Shown: positions 25,550 through 39,809, counted from the stretch's first letter. The stretch: 64,000 nucleotides of DNA from Octopus sinensis (GCF_006345805.1 NC_043004.1:92380001-92444000); one strand, 5' to 3'. Notes: generated by a model from the sequence alone, not told the origin. Made by a program: numbers and translations.

Positions 25550-25824
25550 GAAGGCGCGTGGCTTAGTAGTTAGGGCATTCGGTTCACGATTGTAAAGTCG
25601 GGAGTTCGACCTTGAGCAACACACTATATTTTCCCGTTGCTCTAGTCCACTCAGCTGGCAAAAATGAGTTGTACCTGTATTTCAAAGGGCCGGTCTTGTC
25701 ACGCTGAATCTCCTTTAGAACTACGTTAGGGGTACGCGTTTCTGTGGATTGCTCAGTCACCTGCACGTTAATTTCACGAGCAAGCTGTTCCGTTGATTAT
25801 ATCGTAACCGACGGAGTGCTCCTT
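25549..25824 (+). mobile_element. SINE with family D head and family C-type tail
   Basis: Head GGCGCGTGGCTTAGTAGTTAGG...GAGTTCGA; tail gttgtacctgtatttcaaagggccgg...gtaaccgacggagtgct shared with 49843-50208. Confidence 0.8.
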
Positions 25825-25854
25825 GTAAATATATATATATATATATATACATAT

Positions 25855-26150
25855 ATGGAGGCGCAATGGCCCAGTGGTTAGGGCAGCGCACTCGCGGTCG
25901 TGGGATCGCGGTTTCGATTCCCAGACCGGGCGTTGTGAGTGTTTCTTGAGCGAAAACACCTAAAAGCTCCACGATGCTCCAGCAGGGGTGTTCTTCCCTG
26001 GTGTACTCTTTCACCACGCTTTCTACCACTCTTTCTTCTGTTGGCGTGCTCGCTTAGCCAGCGGGGTGGGTCATTCGAAGGCTAAAACAATGCGAACGCA
26101 TTGTGACCAGCGATGTGTAACAACGTCTGATGGTCTGGTCGGTCATGTGA
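25855..26150 (+). mobile_element. SINE family C head with a second tail type
   Basis: TGGAGGCGCAATGGCCCAGTGGTTAGGGCAGCG...GGTTTCGATTCCC head shared with 49843; 3' half unrelated to the 49843 tail. Confidence 0.85.
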
Positions 26151-26730
26151 TGTGTCATATATATATACACATGCCCACATATGTGTGTGTATATATACAT
26201 ATACGCAGTGTCGTTGTATGTGCATATATATACGCGTGTGTGTGTATCTGGGTAGCGGGTGTGTTGAAGTCTCATATTACGAAATACTTTCTAAACGTTC
26301 ATCAGATGTGTAAATGATACCCAAAGTGAACTAATGTATCGTATTGCAACATATTATGACAATTTGTTTTTTTTCTTTTATCCCATTCAGTTGAAACATA
26401 ATACATTGCTAGATGTAGATATCGTTTACCTGGCTGCTGATTTTTCGGAATATGCTGCGTAATATGAAACTGGGATACCAAGTTTATGTATATTTAATAA
26501 TATATACATGCATACTCACGTATGCATGCACGCGCGCACACACACACTCTCACACACACACATACACACACACACTCTCACACACACACACACGCGCGCG
26601 CGCGCATGCAGGAATATTTAGATATTATTTGACACACAACTTTCACTACAACGTATCTTTCATCAGATGTTGGCTGGAGATCACCATGATTGCAATAACT
26701 TCACAGCGTATTACTCTCTCCATTATTACC

Positions 26731-26958
26731 TATTTCTTTACTACCCACAAGGGGCTAAACACAGAGGGGACAAACAATGACAGACATGGGTATTAAGTCG
26801 ATTACATCGACCCCAGTGCGTAACTGGTACTTAATTTATCGACCCCGAAAGGATGAAAGGCAAAGTCGACTCGGCGGAATTTGAACTCACAACGTAACGC
26901 AGACGAAATATCGCTAAGCATTTCGCCCGGTGTGCTAACGTTTCTGCCAGCTCGCCGC
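26731..26958 (-). mobile_element. SINE family A
   Basis: Reverse-complement match to 10776-11007. Confidence 0.92.
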
Positions 26959-27240
26959 TGGCATTATTACCGCCAAGCATTGATAGTACCTCGATATTTT
27001 CGAGGTTTTTCGGCCTACATTGTAACATACATTTCCCTCCAATTATTCATGCTGCTATCTTAGCAAACGAACAACAGCTGCACTATCCAACGTTTATGTT
27101 ATTTTATAAAGTGACGAGAATCTGGTTTTTACCTTTAGGCTTTTTTGTTGTTTTTTTTTTCTCTCTGGCCCCTTTCATATCGATGATGAAATATTTTGTC
27201 CGCATCTAAATAAAATCCCTACGTAAAAAAGAAATCCCAT

Positions 27241-27620
27241 AAGCGCAGGTGTGACCACTTGGTTTCGGGTTCACTCACACTGTGTAACACCATGTGCCTT
27301 CTACAATGGCCTCGGGCCGACTGAAGTCTTGTGAGTGGATTTGGTAGACAGATACTGAAAGAAGTCCGTCGTATATATGTGTGTGTGAGTATGTGTGTAT
27401 CTTTGTGTCAGTATTTGTCCTCCATCACCGCTTGACAACCGGTGTTGGTATGTTTATGTCCCCGTAACTTAACAGTCCGGTGAAAGAGACTGATAGAATA
27501 CTACTAGGCTTCAAAATAATAAGCTCTGGGATCAATTGGTTCGACTGAAAAACCTTTCTAGACGGGGCTTCAGCATAGCCGCAGGCAAATGGCAGTTAAA
27601 AGTAAAGAGAAAAGATAGTA
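27241..27620 (+). mobile_element. SINE family B, diverged
   Basis: gcctcgggccgac...gtgagtggatttggtagac...cgcttgacaaccgg motifs. Confidence 0.8.
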
Positions 27621-28699
27621 ACTAGACAGGACACTGTCGATTTATCCAAAACACCACACAATCTTGCCTCTATTAGAAGAATTCTACACTTCCATCATCG
27701 TACCTCACCCAGCTTCATAAATTCTTCATATATTTGTCCTATTTCTTGTGCTTATGCTAGAACGCCCTTTTGAAGTTTCCAAACTCCCCGATCGGAATTT
27801 GTTTTTTAATTCACCCTGTTTTCTGCCTACCAATAGCTATAGTGAAATTTTAGTAAACATACCCTTTTTATATCAGCCTAATCCTCATCAAGTTTTTTTT
27901 TTTTTTTAAGTATTGCTCAAAGAAGATTAGGATGAGAGGAAATTCAAATGCCACCACCCATCTGACATATTTTCCGTAGGACGAAAAAAGAGTGTGAGCA
28001 TGAATCTACTTCGAACATGCGTCTTTAGGTCAGATTGATGGAATCGGACAATGGCCTTTAGTATACAGATCAACCCAATAATTGCGTGTTTGTAGGAAGA
28101 AGTTCCCTGATCTTACCCTATAATGACATTTTCATTTCATTCTACATCTATCGTTTATTTGTTTGTTTTAAGCCTATGTTCTCCCATATTCTTTACAAAC
28201 CGTTTTAATTTAAATTACCCTCACATTATTGCCTTATCATTCACTTTTGCTGCAAAATAAGGAAACCATTCTTATTATTATACATCAATATTGAAAACTC
28301 TGATCATTTAAGTTTGGTGAATATAGAGCAAATTGTCAGCAACAATAGCTTTAACTATTGTACATGGGAGAAATGCTAGAAAACTGCATAACACACTCCA
28401 TACACGATACCGTATTGATTTTCGTCTAGGTTTTCTCTTTGTTTTTTTAAATTTGTGTGTGAAAGAGTTTGTTTTTCAACATCAGCCTAGAATAGATCTT
28501 TCACTCTCTGGGGACTACTTTAGGTTTTAAAATTGGCTTTGACTCTGACAGTGGTACCGATTCTAAATGATATACTGTCCCAAATATTTGGCGTGGCATA
28601 GGATGCTGTCTGCAAACAAATACCTGCTTTAATAATTCATCTCTTTTTACAATTAAACTCTCCGTCGCTAAATGATTTCCGCTACCATCATATCATGAT

Positions 28700-28759
28700 A
28701 AGCATTATAATCATCATGATCATTATCATCTCATCATCGTCATAACCACCACCACCACT

Positions 28760-28791
<32 letters not shown>

Positions 28792-29040
28792 CAACACCAC
28801 CAACACCACCACCAACACCAACACCAACACCACCACCACCACCACCGCCACCACCACCACCACCACTACCACCACCACCACCAACACCAACAGCAACACC
28901 ACCACCAACACCAACACCACCACCACCACCATCAACACCACCAACAACACCACCAACAACACCAACACCACCACCACCAACACCAACACCAACACCACCA
29001 TCACCACCACCATCATTATTATCATCATCATCATCATCTT
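28700..29040. repeat. (ACC)n/(ACA)n/(ATC)n trinucleotide tract
   Basis: Direct repetition; source of the poly-Gly/poly-Val ORFs. Confidence 0.95.
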
Positions 29041-29651
29041 CAACTTCATTTTTAATGTAAGGAAACTGTATCATCAATCATTATTGTGATAATAACGGCG
29101 ATAATTATAATTACCATCATGAAATTCAAGACAAGCATCAATACCGATAAGAACAAAAGCATTAATAATATATATTACTTTTATTTGAATTAAAGGCGCC
29201 GACAGTTTTCGTGGGGGGAATTCCAAGGAAACATAAGGGTCAGTTAGAGATCCCACAACGAATATAAACAGAAAGCAATAAATGGAAACGAATGCCATAA
29301 ATATGATGATTTCATCAATCCAAATATTTGTTTCTGCTTCATTTGCAAGATCAGCAACTATTTTCAGAGAAGACGATTAGTTGATTGCATCTACCTTAGT
29401 TATTTATCGGTACTTTATTTTATCGATCCCGAAAAGAGGATAGCCAAATTTGATCTCAACGTGATTTGAACTCAGAGCGTAAACTTCCGTACCCAACACT
29501 GTAAAGCATTCTTCTGATCATCAACCATTTCTGTCAGCTCATCACCTTAATAATTATGATTTTAATAATTCTTTCAAATTCTGACACTGGACCGCTGAAC
29601 TCTACACGTTTTTCATTCTCCCTCTGTTTATTTCCTTTTATTCCTTCCTTA

Positions 29652-30062
29652 TTTCTTTTTACTGCCCACAAGGGGCTACAGAGAGGGGACAAACAAGGAT
29701 AGACAAACGGATTAAGTCGATTATATCGACCCCAGTGCGTAACTGGTACTTATTTAATCGACCCCGAAATGATGCAAGACAAAATCGACCTCGGCGGAAT
29801 TTGAACTCAGAACGTAGCAGCTGATAAAATACCTATTTCTTTACTACCCACAAGGAGCTAAACACAGAGAAGACAAACAAGGACAGACAAACGGATTAAG
29901 TCGATTACATCGACACCAGTGTGTAACTGGTACTTAATTTATCGACCCCGAAAGGATGAAAGGCAAAGTCGACCTCGTCGGAATTTGAACTCAGAACGTA
30001 GCGGCAAACGAAATACCGCTAAGCATTTCGCCCTGCGTGCTAATGTTTCTGCCAGCTCGCCG
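29652..30062 (-). mobile_element. SINE family A tandem dimer (full copy plus headless unit)
   Basis: Two successive family A bodies; junction at about 29833 is tail-AAAGAAATA joined to GGTATTT, the same breakpoint as 11993. Confidence 0.9.
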
Positions 30063-30065
30063 CTT

Positions 30066-30211
30066 TCCTTTCTCTTATTACTTTCTGCTGAAGAGCGTAG
30101 GCTCAAAACGTAAAAGACTTTTTCATTTTTCCCGAGCGTCAAACTAACACACTTGCTTGTTGTTCATACACCTGTCTTCGTTTTTAGTTTTTCTATAAAT
30201 TTCAACTATAT
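30066..30211 (+). mobile_element. PLE-like terminal-repeat remnant with degenerate hammerhead (30081-30116)
   Basis: CTTT-CTGCTGA-A-GAGC-GTAG-GCTC-AAAAC-GTA-AAAG; homologous to 6734-6918. Confidence 0.55.
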
Positions 30212-31179
30212 ACAGTCAAAAATACATACAAATGTGTGTGCGCGTATATGCATCATATATATGTGTGCGTATGTATGCTTACACACACCAGTTTTTATGA
30301 TATATATATGTTTTCGTGTGTATGTATTATACATATATAAATGTATCATATCTATATACATACACGTATGCATGTTCGAATATATGCGTAGGTTTGTATG
30401 CCTCTCCACATGTGTGTATATGTGAGCGTGTGTGTGAGAGCGATAGGGGGAAAGAGAAAGTGAGTGTGTGTGTGTGTCCGCGACATGTGCGTGTGCGTGT
30501 GTGTGCGCGTGTATCCCAACATTAATATTGTTTGAAAGTCTTTGCTTGAGTGAGTGTATTTGCGTATCTTCCCATGCATACATTACTTTTATATTCTTTG
30601 TGATATGACATTGAGCTACTAATCTTATAGGAACCGATCTAATGAGAGGTGGAAATCGTTAGGAAAATCCGATTGTCTTCAACGAGCCTTATAACTGTAC
30701 GCAGCGTCATCAAAGGATTCGTAACACAGCTAGTGGATTAGAAAAATAGTTCTTAGTAAAACGTGACAGCATAAAAATAAAACAAATTAAACGATAACTT
30801 GCTGAGATAAGTTTAAAAACATGAAGACAGTAAGATGTCTGGTAATCTTCAAGAAACAACAACGTCTATCCTTCAAACTGCTCTCAGATATCTTAAAAGA
30901 AGGGGTCATATTAGACAGTTACCCTAGTACAAAGCAACGATACAACTAATTATACTGTATAAAATCTGTATTATATACATGCTATGAGACAAGTGAGTTT
31001 CTTCGTTGTCGATTGATCTGCTAACAGTCGAAGCTAAATGATAATGCAGTCTCAATGTTTACCACTGCTTAGTGCCTGGGAAAGGTATACGCGGGCATCA
31101 AATCAAACCCCCTGAAATGAAAGATTGCAACGTTGAAAATGAAGGACACATTAGGTAATGTAATCATACCATAGTAGGA

Positions 31180-31375
31180 ACGCCTTTGGTTTAGTCGCAG
31201 ATTGGTTGGATATCAGCGGTGACCTCGTACGCCTTTGCTTTAGTCACAGATTGGTTGGATATCAGCGGTGACCTCGTACGCCTTTGCTTTAGTCACAGAT
31301 TGGTTGGATATCAGTGGTGACCTCGTACGCCTTTGCTTTAGTCACAGATTGGTTGGATATCAGTGGTGACCTCGT
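31180..31375. repeat. Minisatellite, 4 x 49 bp
   Basis: Unit acgcctttgctttagtcacagattggttggatatcagcggtgacctcgt at 31180, 31229, 31278, 31327, head to tail with no spacers. Confidence 0.95.
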
Positions 31376-31494
31376 CTAAAAGACAGAAACAGAAAGAGAA
31401 CTTGCTGTTTTACAGGGAGCGATGATTCAATGCAAGCGTTAATTGAGACATGTGGAGAGAAGAGACTGCATAAGTGTAGCAATGTGATTCCATT

Positions 31495-31731
31495 TAAGGC
31501 GGCGAGATGGCAGAAACGTTAGCACGCCGGGCGAAATGCGTAGCCGTATTTCGTCTGTCGTTACGCTCCGAGTTCAAATTCCGCCGAGGTCGACTTTGCC
31601 TTTCATCCTCTCGGGGTCGATAAATTAAGTACCAGTTACGCACTGGGGTCGATATAATCGACTTAATCCCTTTGTCTGTCCTTGTTTGTCCCCCCTGTGT
31701 TTAGCCCCTTGTGGATAATAAAGAAATAAAA
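31495..31731 (+). mobile_element. SINE family A with 14-bp TSD
   Basis: TSD AATGTGATTCCATT at 31481-31494 and 31732-31745. Confidence 0.93.
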
Positions 31732-32154
31732 AATGTGATTCCATTGTATGTGTGTGTGTGTATGAGAGAGAGATAGAGAGGTAGTGAGAGAGAGAGAAAG
31801 CGGAGTAAAGGAGGAGATTTAATGTTTCTGTTGTAATATCATAAATTACATAATCTTTACATGTGTTTCACTAGCGAATATCAGTGTTTTGCAATAATCA
31901 TTAGATTCATGATTGCAAAGCCACTTTAAAACGATAGATCTTCAAACGAAAATAGTAATTTAATCCATTATTATTTACCAACCTCGGTTGGTAAGCAGTA
32001 CTAAAGGGGTGCTACCAACTGATAATCTTTAACGTTGAAACTCGAATGGGATAAATAATAAATAATAGGGTTTAGAATATTAACCTAAGAAACCCTCTAA
32101 CGGAAAACGTCGAAGATTCCCCCGGGGTTAATTAAGCCAAAATTCTACTCACTA

Positions 32155-32574
32155 TACTCTTTTACTCTTTTACTCTTTTACTTGTTTCAGTCATTTGACT
32201 GCGGCCATGCTGGAGCACCGCCTTTAATCGAGCAACTCGACCCCCGGACTTATTCTTTTGTAAGCCCAGTACTTATTATATCGGTCTCGTTTGCCGAACC
32301 GCTAAGTAACGGGGACATAAACACACCAGCATCGGTTGTCAAGCAATGCTAGGGGACAAACACAGACATACAAACACACACACGCATATACATATATATA
32401 TACATATATACGACAGGCTTCTTTCAGTTTCCGTCTACCAAATCCACTCACAAGACTTCGGTCGGCCCGAGGCTATAGTAGAAGACACTTGCCCAAGATA
32501 CCACGCAGTGGGACTGAACCCGGAACCATGTGGTTGGTAGACAAGCTCCCTACCACACAGCCACTCCTGCGCCT
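32155..32574 (-). mobile_element. SINE family B, full length
   Basis: Matches 9987-10392; (TACTCTTT)n tail on the plus strand. Confidence 0.92.
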
Positions 32575-33678
32575 ATAGTTTATTTTCTTCGAATTCCACT
32601 GTGAAAATTAATTCATAATATCTTACAGATATTATAGAATAGCCATGTAAACATTTATGAAGAAGCTAAAGCTGTTCAATCCACATTTGTTGAATTCTAA
32701 GCATTGTCAATAATGAAGTGTCAAAAATATTGTGGCATTTCTGCGTCGTGGTTATTGGCATAATTTCACTACTGCGTGAAGGCTCTACGAGAAGACATGT
32801 TTTCGGAACTTCGTAGCTGACACTATTATTGTTGTTCGTAACCATTTTTTGTGAGATCTTTAATTGTTAAAATCACTCTCCCACAATATTGTTTTAATTT
32901 CAACACACAGAAATAGAACACATACTTTCTGCACACATAAAAGTGTATGTGTGTGTGTGTGTTTGTGTGTGTGTGCATATGCGTTTGTTTGTGTATGTGC
33001 CTGTGTCTGTTTGTGTGTGTATGTGTACGTGCATGTGTCTGTTTGTGCGCTCGAAAGAGCGTGTGTATGTGTGTGTCTGGAAACTACATATTTGTCTTTG
33101 ACTTGATGATAATGACTATTACTATGTTTGTGGATATTTATGGTGATGGTGATGATGATGAGGATGGTACAGATGTCAACCGCTGCAATATTAGCTAAGT
33201 CCCGTAGGGTCACGTGAGTGTCAAAGCATCCTGTTCTCCCTGCAGTTTTCACAGGTTTTCTTATCAAAACATAAGTCATTGTCTGTTGTCTAGACAACTG
33301 ATAGTGAGAGAACAACAACATTTAGATAACTTCAAGTGGTTTGATAGGGAGATTAAATCAATGCATCGATCTATCGATACATAACTGACGCATTACTGAT
33401 TGTTTTACTTAGATGATGTGCATGTTTACAGTTTTCTTTCAAACGTATTAAAACTTGATGGTCTAACAAACACAGGCGCACGCAGAAACACTCACGCAAA
33501 CACATACACACTCACACTCAAACACCGATACACACATATACCTACATAAATGTATATGTACATATATACATATATATATATAGAGAGAGAGGGGGGCAGA
33601 CAGATAGGCAGAGAGGCAGGCAGGCAAACAGGCAGGCAGACAAATAGATAGTCAGACAGATATGCATATATAATATAT

Positions 33679-33714
<36 letters not shown>

Positions 33715-34078
33715 AAATTGATAAATAGAAAATAGCATATATACATACGTATATGTACGTACCTACCTCTACATGTATATACATGCAATATGGGTACAGG
33801 ACACCAAAAAAAACGTCGAACACAATGAGAAACGAAACATAAACACAAAACCAAGGAACTGGATATTTTTCTACACAACGAAAAAAATAGAGTACAGGAC
33901 AAATAACACACACACACACACAACACACAATATATATATATATTATATATTATATTATATATATATATATATTATATATATATTATATATATATATATAT
34001 ATATATTATATAATAATATATATTTATATACATATATATATATATATATATCTGCATAACATTTTTTCCAATGGCCAG

Positions 34079-34137
34079 ATAACTGAAGAGGTAGCGGCGT
34101 GGATTTCCAACCCGACATCCGAAACTCGGAGTTTTAT
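34079..34137 (+). ncRNA. Type I hammerhead-ribozyme-like motif with intact catalytic core
   Basis: ATAA-CTGAAGA-GG...CC-GAAAC-TCGGA-GTT-TTAT: stem I ATAA/TTAT, G10.1-C11.1 pair, GUU triplet. Activity untested. Confidence 0.6.
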
Positions 34138-35560
34138 AATGGCTACCAAATAATTTACACATATTACATTTACAGATAAATTCCTCTATTTATATAATAT
34201 CGCGGTCTCTTTCATTCTTTTGTTGTCTTACCATTACTATCAATATATATATACATATATATGTCGCTGCAAGTGTATACATATATATATGCACATACAT
34301 GTGTCTGTTTGTATGTGTTATTGCTACGTCAAAACGTTTAATACCAATGCTTGCAACGCTGTGGATTCCGTTGGTGGCAACCAAGCACTTGGTTGTGATC
34401 TTAAGCCAAGTAACGAATTCACGAGCGTACGCCACCGTACCAGTGTGTTTGTGTGTGATTGTGTGTTGGTGAGCTGACACAGTTGATTAAATTTCGGATT
34501 TTCACAATTTATAATTCTATTTCTGTTTCTGGTTTTGTAATTGCACAGGTATTTTCATATTTTTAAAATCAAGCTTCACAATAAATGTTTATATAAAAAT
34601 TTGTATCTTGATAAATGTTCACAAAGTTGTATATTTTAGGCGAATATTTAAATGATAATATATTTAAATTGGCCTATATCTAACAATAATGACAGCGACT
34701 AAATGCTATTGTTGAATATTTAAAGGAGAATAACATTCACGGTAAGGCATAGATGTTTTTTTCTGGTAAGCGTTATTTTCAAATCTGACCTAATTTAAAT
34801 CAAGTATATCCAACCGGTCATTGTTACAGCAAGCTTTTCAACAGGAGGAATACAAAAGTTAGTTACAGCTGTTAAAAATAACAATAAAAAACACCTTCCC
34901 AAATCATAAATTCTCGTTTGCAATGTCCGCCTACTTTAATCGTCTGACAGTTTGGTTGGCTATGTATTATTATACAAAAATACGCGCACATACACACACA
35001 CAAATACACACACACACACACACACGAACACATATACACACGAACACACGTACAGATACATATGCATATACATATATAAAAAACACATACACAAATATGT
35101 ATATATATATATTTGAATATGTATTCATGTATGCCCATACATATATACATATTTATGTATATGTGGGTAGGGGTCTATCGAAACTGACGTTCATTACCTG
35201 TAAGCAACTTTCTGACATATATATCTGAAACTTTTTTTTCCGTTTTATTACGACTATAGTAATTCGTGCACTACTTAAATTGTTAGACAAAATGTCTCGT
35301 GATAGAAATAACTGGCTTGGAATAATGGTCAATTATGTGTGATATATATATTGGCATATTATATATATATACATATGAATAGACAGAAAGGCAGACACAC
35401 AAATAAATAGATAGATAGATATATAGATAGATGTATTAGTGTTTACATATGCATATATATTTGTGTATGTCTATGTTTATACTTACATCATGCACACGTA
35501 CACACACAAACGTGCGTGCGCACACACACACATAATGTATATCATGTGAGTTTGTGTGTG

Positions 35561-35608
<48 letters not shown>

Positions 35609-36236
35609 GTGTGTAAGATCTATATAGCGTGAATGGAAATACACATGGATAATTGGTTTATTTATTTACTGAACTCAAATGATTGAAAAAAATTAAGGAA
35701 AATATATCAAATATCCTTTCAATACATATTTTTAAAAAAAAAATTGTGGGTATCTAGTAATGATGATAGTGTTGATGGTGATGTTATAACACATAAATGA
35801 TTCCTCTTTGTCCGTGTTTTTATAATTGTATTTATCTTGTTTTCTTTGCAGTTTTACTTAAGTACAATGACCTAAATATATAGACAACGATATTACTAGT
35901 GAGGCAGATGTGCGGACATATAGTCAACTAGACGGCCAGACGATTAAAATGGGCAGACATTACAAACAAGAGTTTGTTTATAATTTGTGTGGTGCGTTTT
36001 TAAGGGATGTTGTATGTGCAGCTGTAACTAGCTTTTTCTATTGAATAGATTATGGTAACTATGGTCGGTTGGGGAGTGTCTAAGGATTACTATAAGGTAG
36101 GTTTTTTTCTGTATTTATCGATATGTGTAAACATATAGACAGATGGATAGATAGATAGATAGATAGATAGATATATAGATAGATATACACACATTGACCT
36201 GTGTTTGTGTGTGTATGTGTGTGTAAAGAATAACAC

Positions 36237-36646
36237 ACTCTTTTACTCTTTTACTTGTTTCAGTCGTTTGACTGCGGCCATGCTGGAGCACTGTCCTTAT
36301 TCGAGCAAATCAACCCCAGGACTTATTCTTTTCAAGCTTAGTACTTATTCTATCGGTCTCGTTTGCCGAGCCGCTAAGTTACTGGGATGTAAACACAGCA
36401 GCATCGGTTTTCAAGCGATGTTGGGGGGACAAACATAGACACACAAACATATATACACATATACATATATATATATATACATATATACGACGAGCTTCTT
36501 TCAGTTTCCGTCTACCAAATCCACTCACAAGGCTTTGGTCGGCCCGAGGCTATAGTAGAAGACACTTGCCCAAGGTGTCACGCAGTGGGACTGAACCCAG
36601 AACCATTTGGTTGATAAGCAAGCTACTTACCACACAGCTACTCCTA
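36237..36646 (-). mobile_element. SINE family B
   Basis: Matches 9987-10392. Confidence 0.9.
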
Positions 36647-37029
36647 CACAGATCATTGATTCTCTATTTCGTATCAGTTTTGGAAATTATAGAAATCGAA
36701 AATATTAAACAATAATAGAAAATATTAAACCAATTGTGCTACACTTGTAGAACGATGTCCAATCCTTAGTTAAACTGTTCTTCTTCATTATAGTTATGTT
36801 TGTTCATAGTCAGCCTGCTCTGCTTCAGCAGATATACGACGTCATAGAAGCCTATTTGATCTAGAAGGAAGTTCGATTAATCTTTACAGTTTTGATAATG
36901 CTATGCTATGTTTTATTTTTGATGTAAAGAATTTTGTCGTAACTATCTGAGGACATAAGCATGAAACGACTTCTGCTTAAACATGAACGAAATCTGCCAA
37001 TAAAAGATCTTACAGTTTCTTTTTGAATA

Positions 37030-37193
37030 AGGTGGCATGGTTAAGAAACTCACTTTCCAGCCATGTGATCTCGGGTTCAGATCCACTACGTGGCACCTTG
37101 AGTTGACCAATGTCGTGTGACTGAATTTGTTAGAGGGAAGCTTGCCGTGTGTGTATGTGTGTGTGTCTGTGTGTGTGTGTGTATGTGTGGTGT

Positions 37194-37279
<86 letters not shown>

Positions 37280-37485
37280 GTGTGTGTGTGCGTGCGTGCG
37301 CCTTTGTGTTTATCAGCTCACTGCTTGATAAACAATTAACGTTTTTTTCATGTCTCAGTAACATTAACGGTTCGGCAAAAGAGAACGATAGAATACTGCA
37401 CTTTAAAATTTGGTGTTAGATTTGTTCGACTAAACCATTCAAAGAAGTGTCCTATCATGGCTGCAATACAATGAGTGAAGAAAGA
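37030..37485 (+). mobile_element. SINE family B, old copy with expanded (TG)n
   Basis: Degenerate head gggttcagatccactacgtggcacc and tail cggttcggcaaaagagaacgatagaata. Confidence 0.65.
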
Positions 37486-37794
37486 AAATTTTAAAGGTAA
37501 AAATTTAACTGATTAGAGTTTCGACGGTGGCTCATGTAATCCATAGTCCTAAATCTAATGTAATATTTATAAGGGAACATGATCAATTCAACATTGAGCA
37601 GGAAATTAGAATTCTCAGAAATTCTCCCGAGGATACTGAGATAATACAGATTTATAGGCATGCTAATTAATGAGGGGTTCAATGAAGGAGTATAGAACAG
37701 CTGACTAGGTCTTTGGATTCAATAACGCCACAGTAAAAGTGTTATGCCTGGAGCCAAATATTGAACTTTCAGCAGCTTTGTTAGTGTGGTAAAA

Positions 37795-38091
37795 TCTTTA
37801 TATATAAAAGTGAAGTTGTGTGTCTGTCTCCTACGATTTAGATTCCTAACTACTCCCAGTCTATGATTTAAAAAAAAAATTACCATCATTCTTTCCATTT
37901 TAATTCATTTTTTCCGCTATTATATAAGGAAAGTAACTCTCTAAAAATGTCTACGATGAGTCAACGATTTAAAAAAAAATTTACCATCATTTTTTTTCCA
38001 TTTTTAATGCATTTTTTGGCTATAACTCTCTAAAAATGCTTATATAGTTATTTCCCTTACAAACCCGAGCAACGCCGGGCGATACTGCTAG
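37795..38091 (+). mobile_element. Non-autonomous Helitron (~297 bp)
   Basis: 5' A|TC, 3' CTAG|T, subterminal GC hairpin CCCG-AGCAACGC-CGGG (38064-38079), no TSD: canonical Helitron termini. Confidence 0.85.
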
Positions 38092-38640
38092 TAAAATATA
38101 TATTATCTGTGTAAATAGTGGCTGTATTTATCTATCTTTCTCTTCCTAAGATATTAGCTGTGATTAGACCTAGAGTACATTTAAATCATCATGTTTAGAC
38201 GCCGACATAATGTTCTGCCAATACAGTTATTTTTCTCTGCGTCTGTGCATGCGAGTGCGTATGTGTTGTTACCGATACTTACAGCAATGGTCTGTCTAAA
38301 TTTTTGGAAATGAATATTCAAGTATTCATGGATTTTCCATATACTGACGCATTTTAAATGCTAATCGTCTTGACCCTTGGCTCGGTGCATGAAGGATATT
38401 ATACAAAATGTATTATCGTATATGTATTATCTCAGCCACTGTCGCGTTCATAGTAAGTATGCAGAATAGAGTATAATACATTTAATTTACCCATTATGTA
38501 TCCATTCTATACAAAATGTATGGAAAGTATATTGAATATTCTTTTCGAATATTAAGGTCGCCGTTAAATGAAAGCAGGTATTTAGCTTTTAGTACGCGCA
38601 TATATATATATATTTAACTTTTCGTACGCGCATATATATC

Positions 38641-38672
<32 letters not shown>

Positions 38673-39271
38673 TGTATTATGTATGTATGTATGTATACAT
38701 GTACTTACATATATACAAATAGGTGTAAACTTGTGCAAATATATATATATATTATATATATATATATGTGTGTATCATTCGTTTTCCGTTGAGCTTTACA
38801 TAGTCTGTATGTGTGTTTCAATATAATTGGTTGCTTTGTGACATTATTTGTGCCTTTGAGGCCATCTTTGTCACCTAAGTTTCATGATAAACCGACTATG
38901 TTTGTTGTGACTTCAAACATGGTGCGTTTGAACAGTCGAGTATTGTAGCCATTTATTCATTACCCGATCAAAGCTGCGAAATAAATCAATATCTAGATTA
39001 TTATTGGTAGCGGCGGCGGTAGCTGTGGTGGTGTTGGTGGTGTTGGCGGTGGTGGTAGTAGTAGTAGTATTATTGAAGTGGTTGCTTTATTGTACTTGTT
39101 GTTGGCGGCGTTGCAGTTGCAGATGTAGTTATCGTTGTGGTTGTCTTTGTTTGTTGCAGTTGCATACGATCTTCCTAAAATACAACAGAAGTTTACTTTG
39201 ATAATATGCATACATATATGCGTATGTATATGAGCGTCTGGATGTGACCATACATATTCACATACATAATC

Positions 39272-39316
<45 letters not shown>

Positions 39317-39639
39317 GATATATATATAATATATGTATGTATATGTACATAAACATGTTTGGTATATATTAATAAACTTATTTTATGTGTGCAAACTTGT
39401 GTGTGTGTGTGTGTGTTTCAGTGTATGCGTGTTAGTGTGATTGTATATGTGAATGATGAAGCCATAAAACTGTGGTTATCTTTCCGTTGATCGAACGGAG
39501 TATCGAACAACAACGTACGAGGAATATGTGTATGTCCGCGAAAACATGTACATAAACACACATACCAACGCATATAGACACACACCCACATATATAGAGA
39601 GAGTGAGATACTTATGGTGTAAGTGTATGCACACATGCA

Positions 39640-39734
39640 CATACATACATGTATATATAAATATTTATCTACTTACATATATACATATACATATATATAT
39701 GCCTATATACACACATATATACATATATATATAC

Positions 39735-39809
<75 letters not shown>

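Noticed and set aside
28688-29077. Gly-rich or Val/Leu-rich protein ORFs
   Set aside because: Translations of an (ACC)n/(ACA)n tract with no splice or homology support.
31180-31375. CRISPR-like array
   Set aside because: Units are contiguous with no unique spacers, context is eukaryotic, and no cas genes are present.
32780-32825. Hammerhead-like fold (similar weak cases near 7100, 7215, 36945, 61835)
   Set aside because: Several core substitutions, or missing stem I or NUH; not distinguishable from chance by eye.
34325-34450. GC-richer patch with open frames on both strands
   Set aside because: Flanked by microsatellites, no convincing splice sites or homology.
35830-35900. Plus-strand acceptor (tttctttgcag at 35851) as the next coding exon after MAVLL
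   Set aside because: Phase-0 reading hits TAA after seven codons; no other support.
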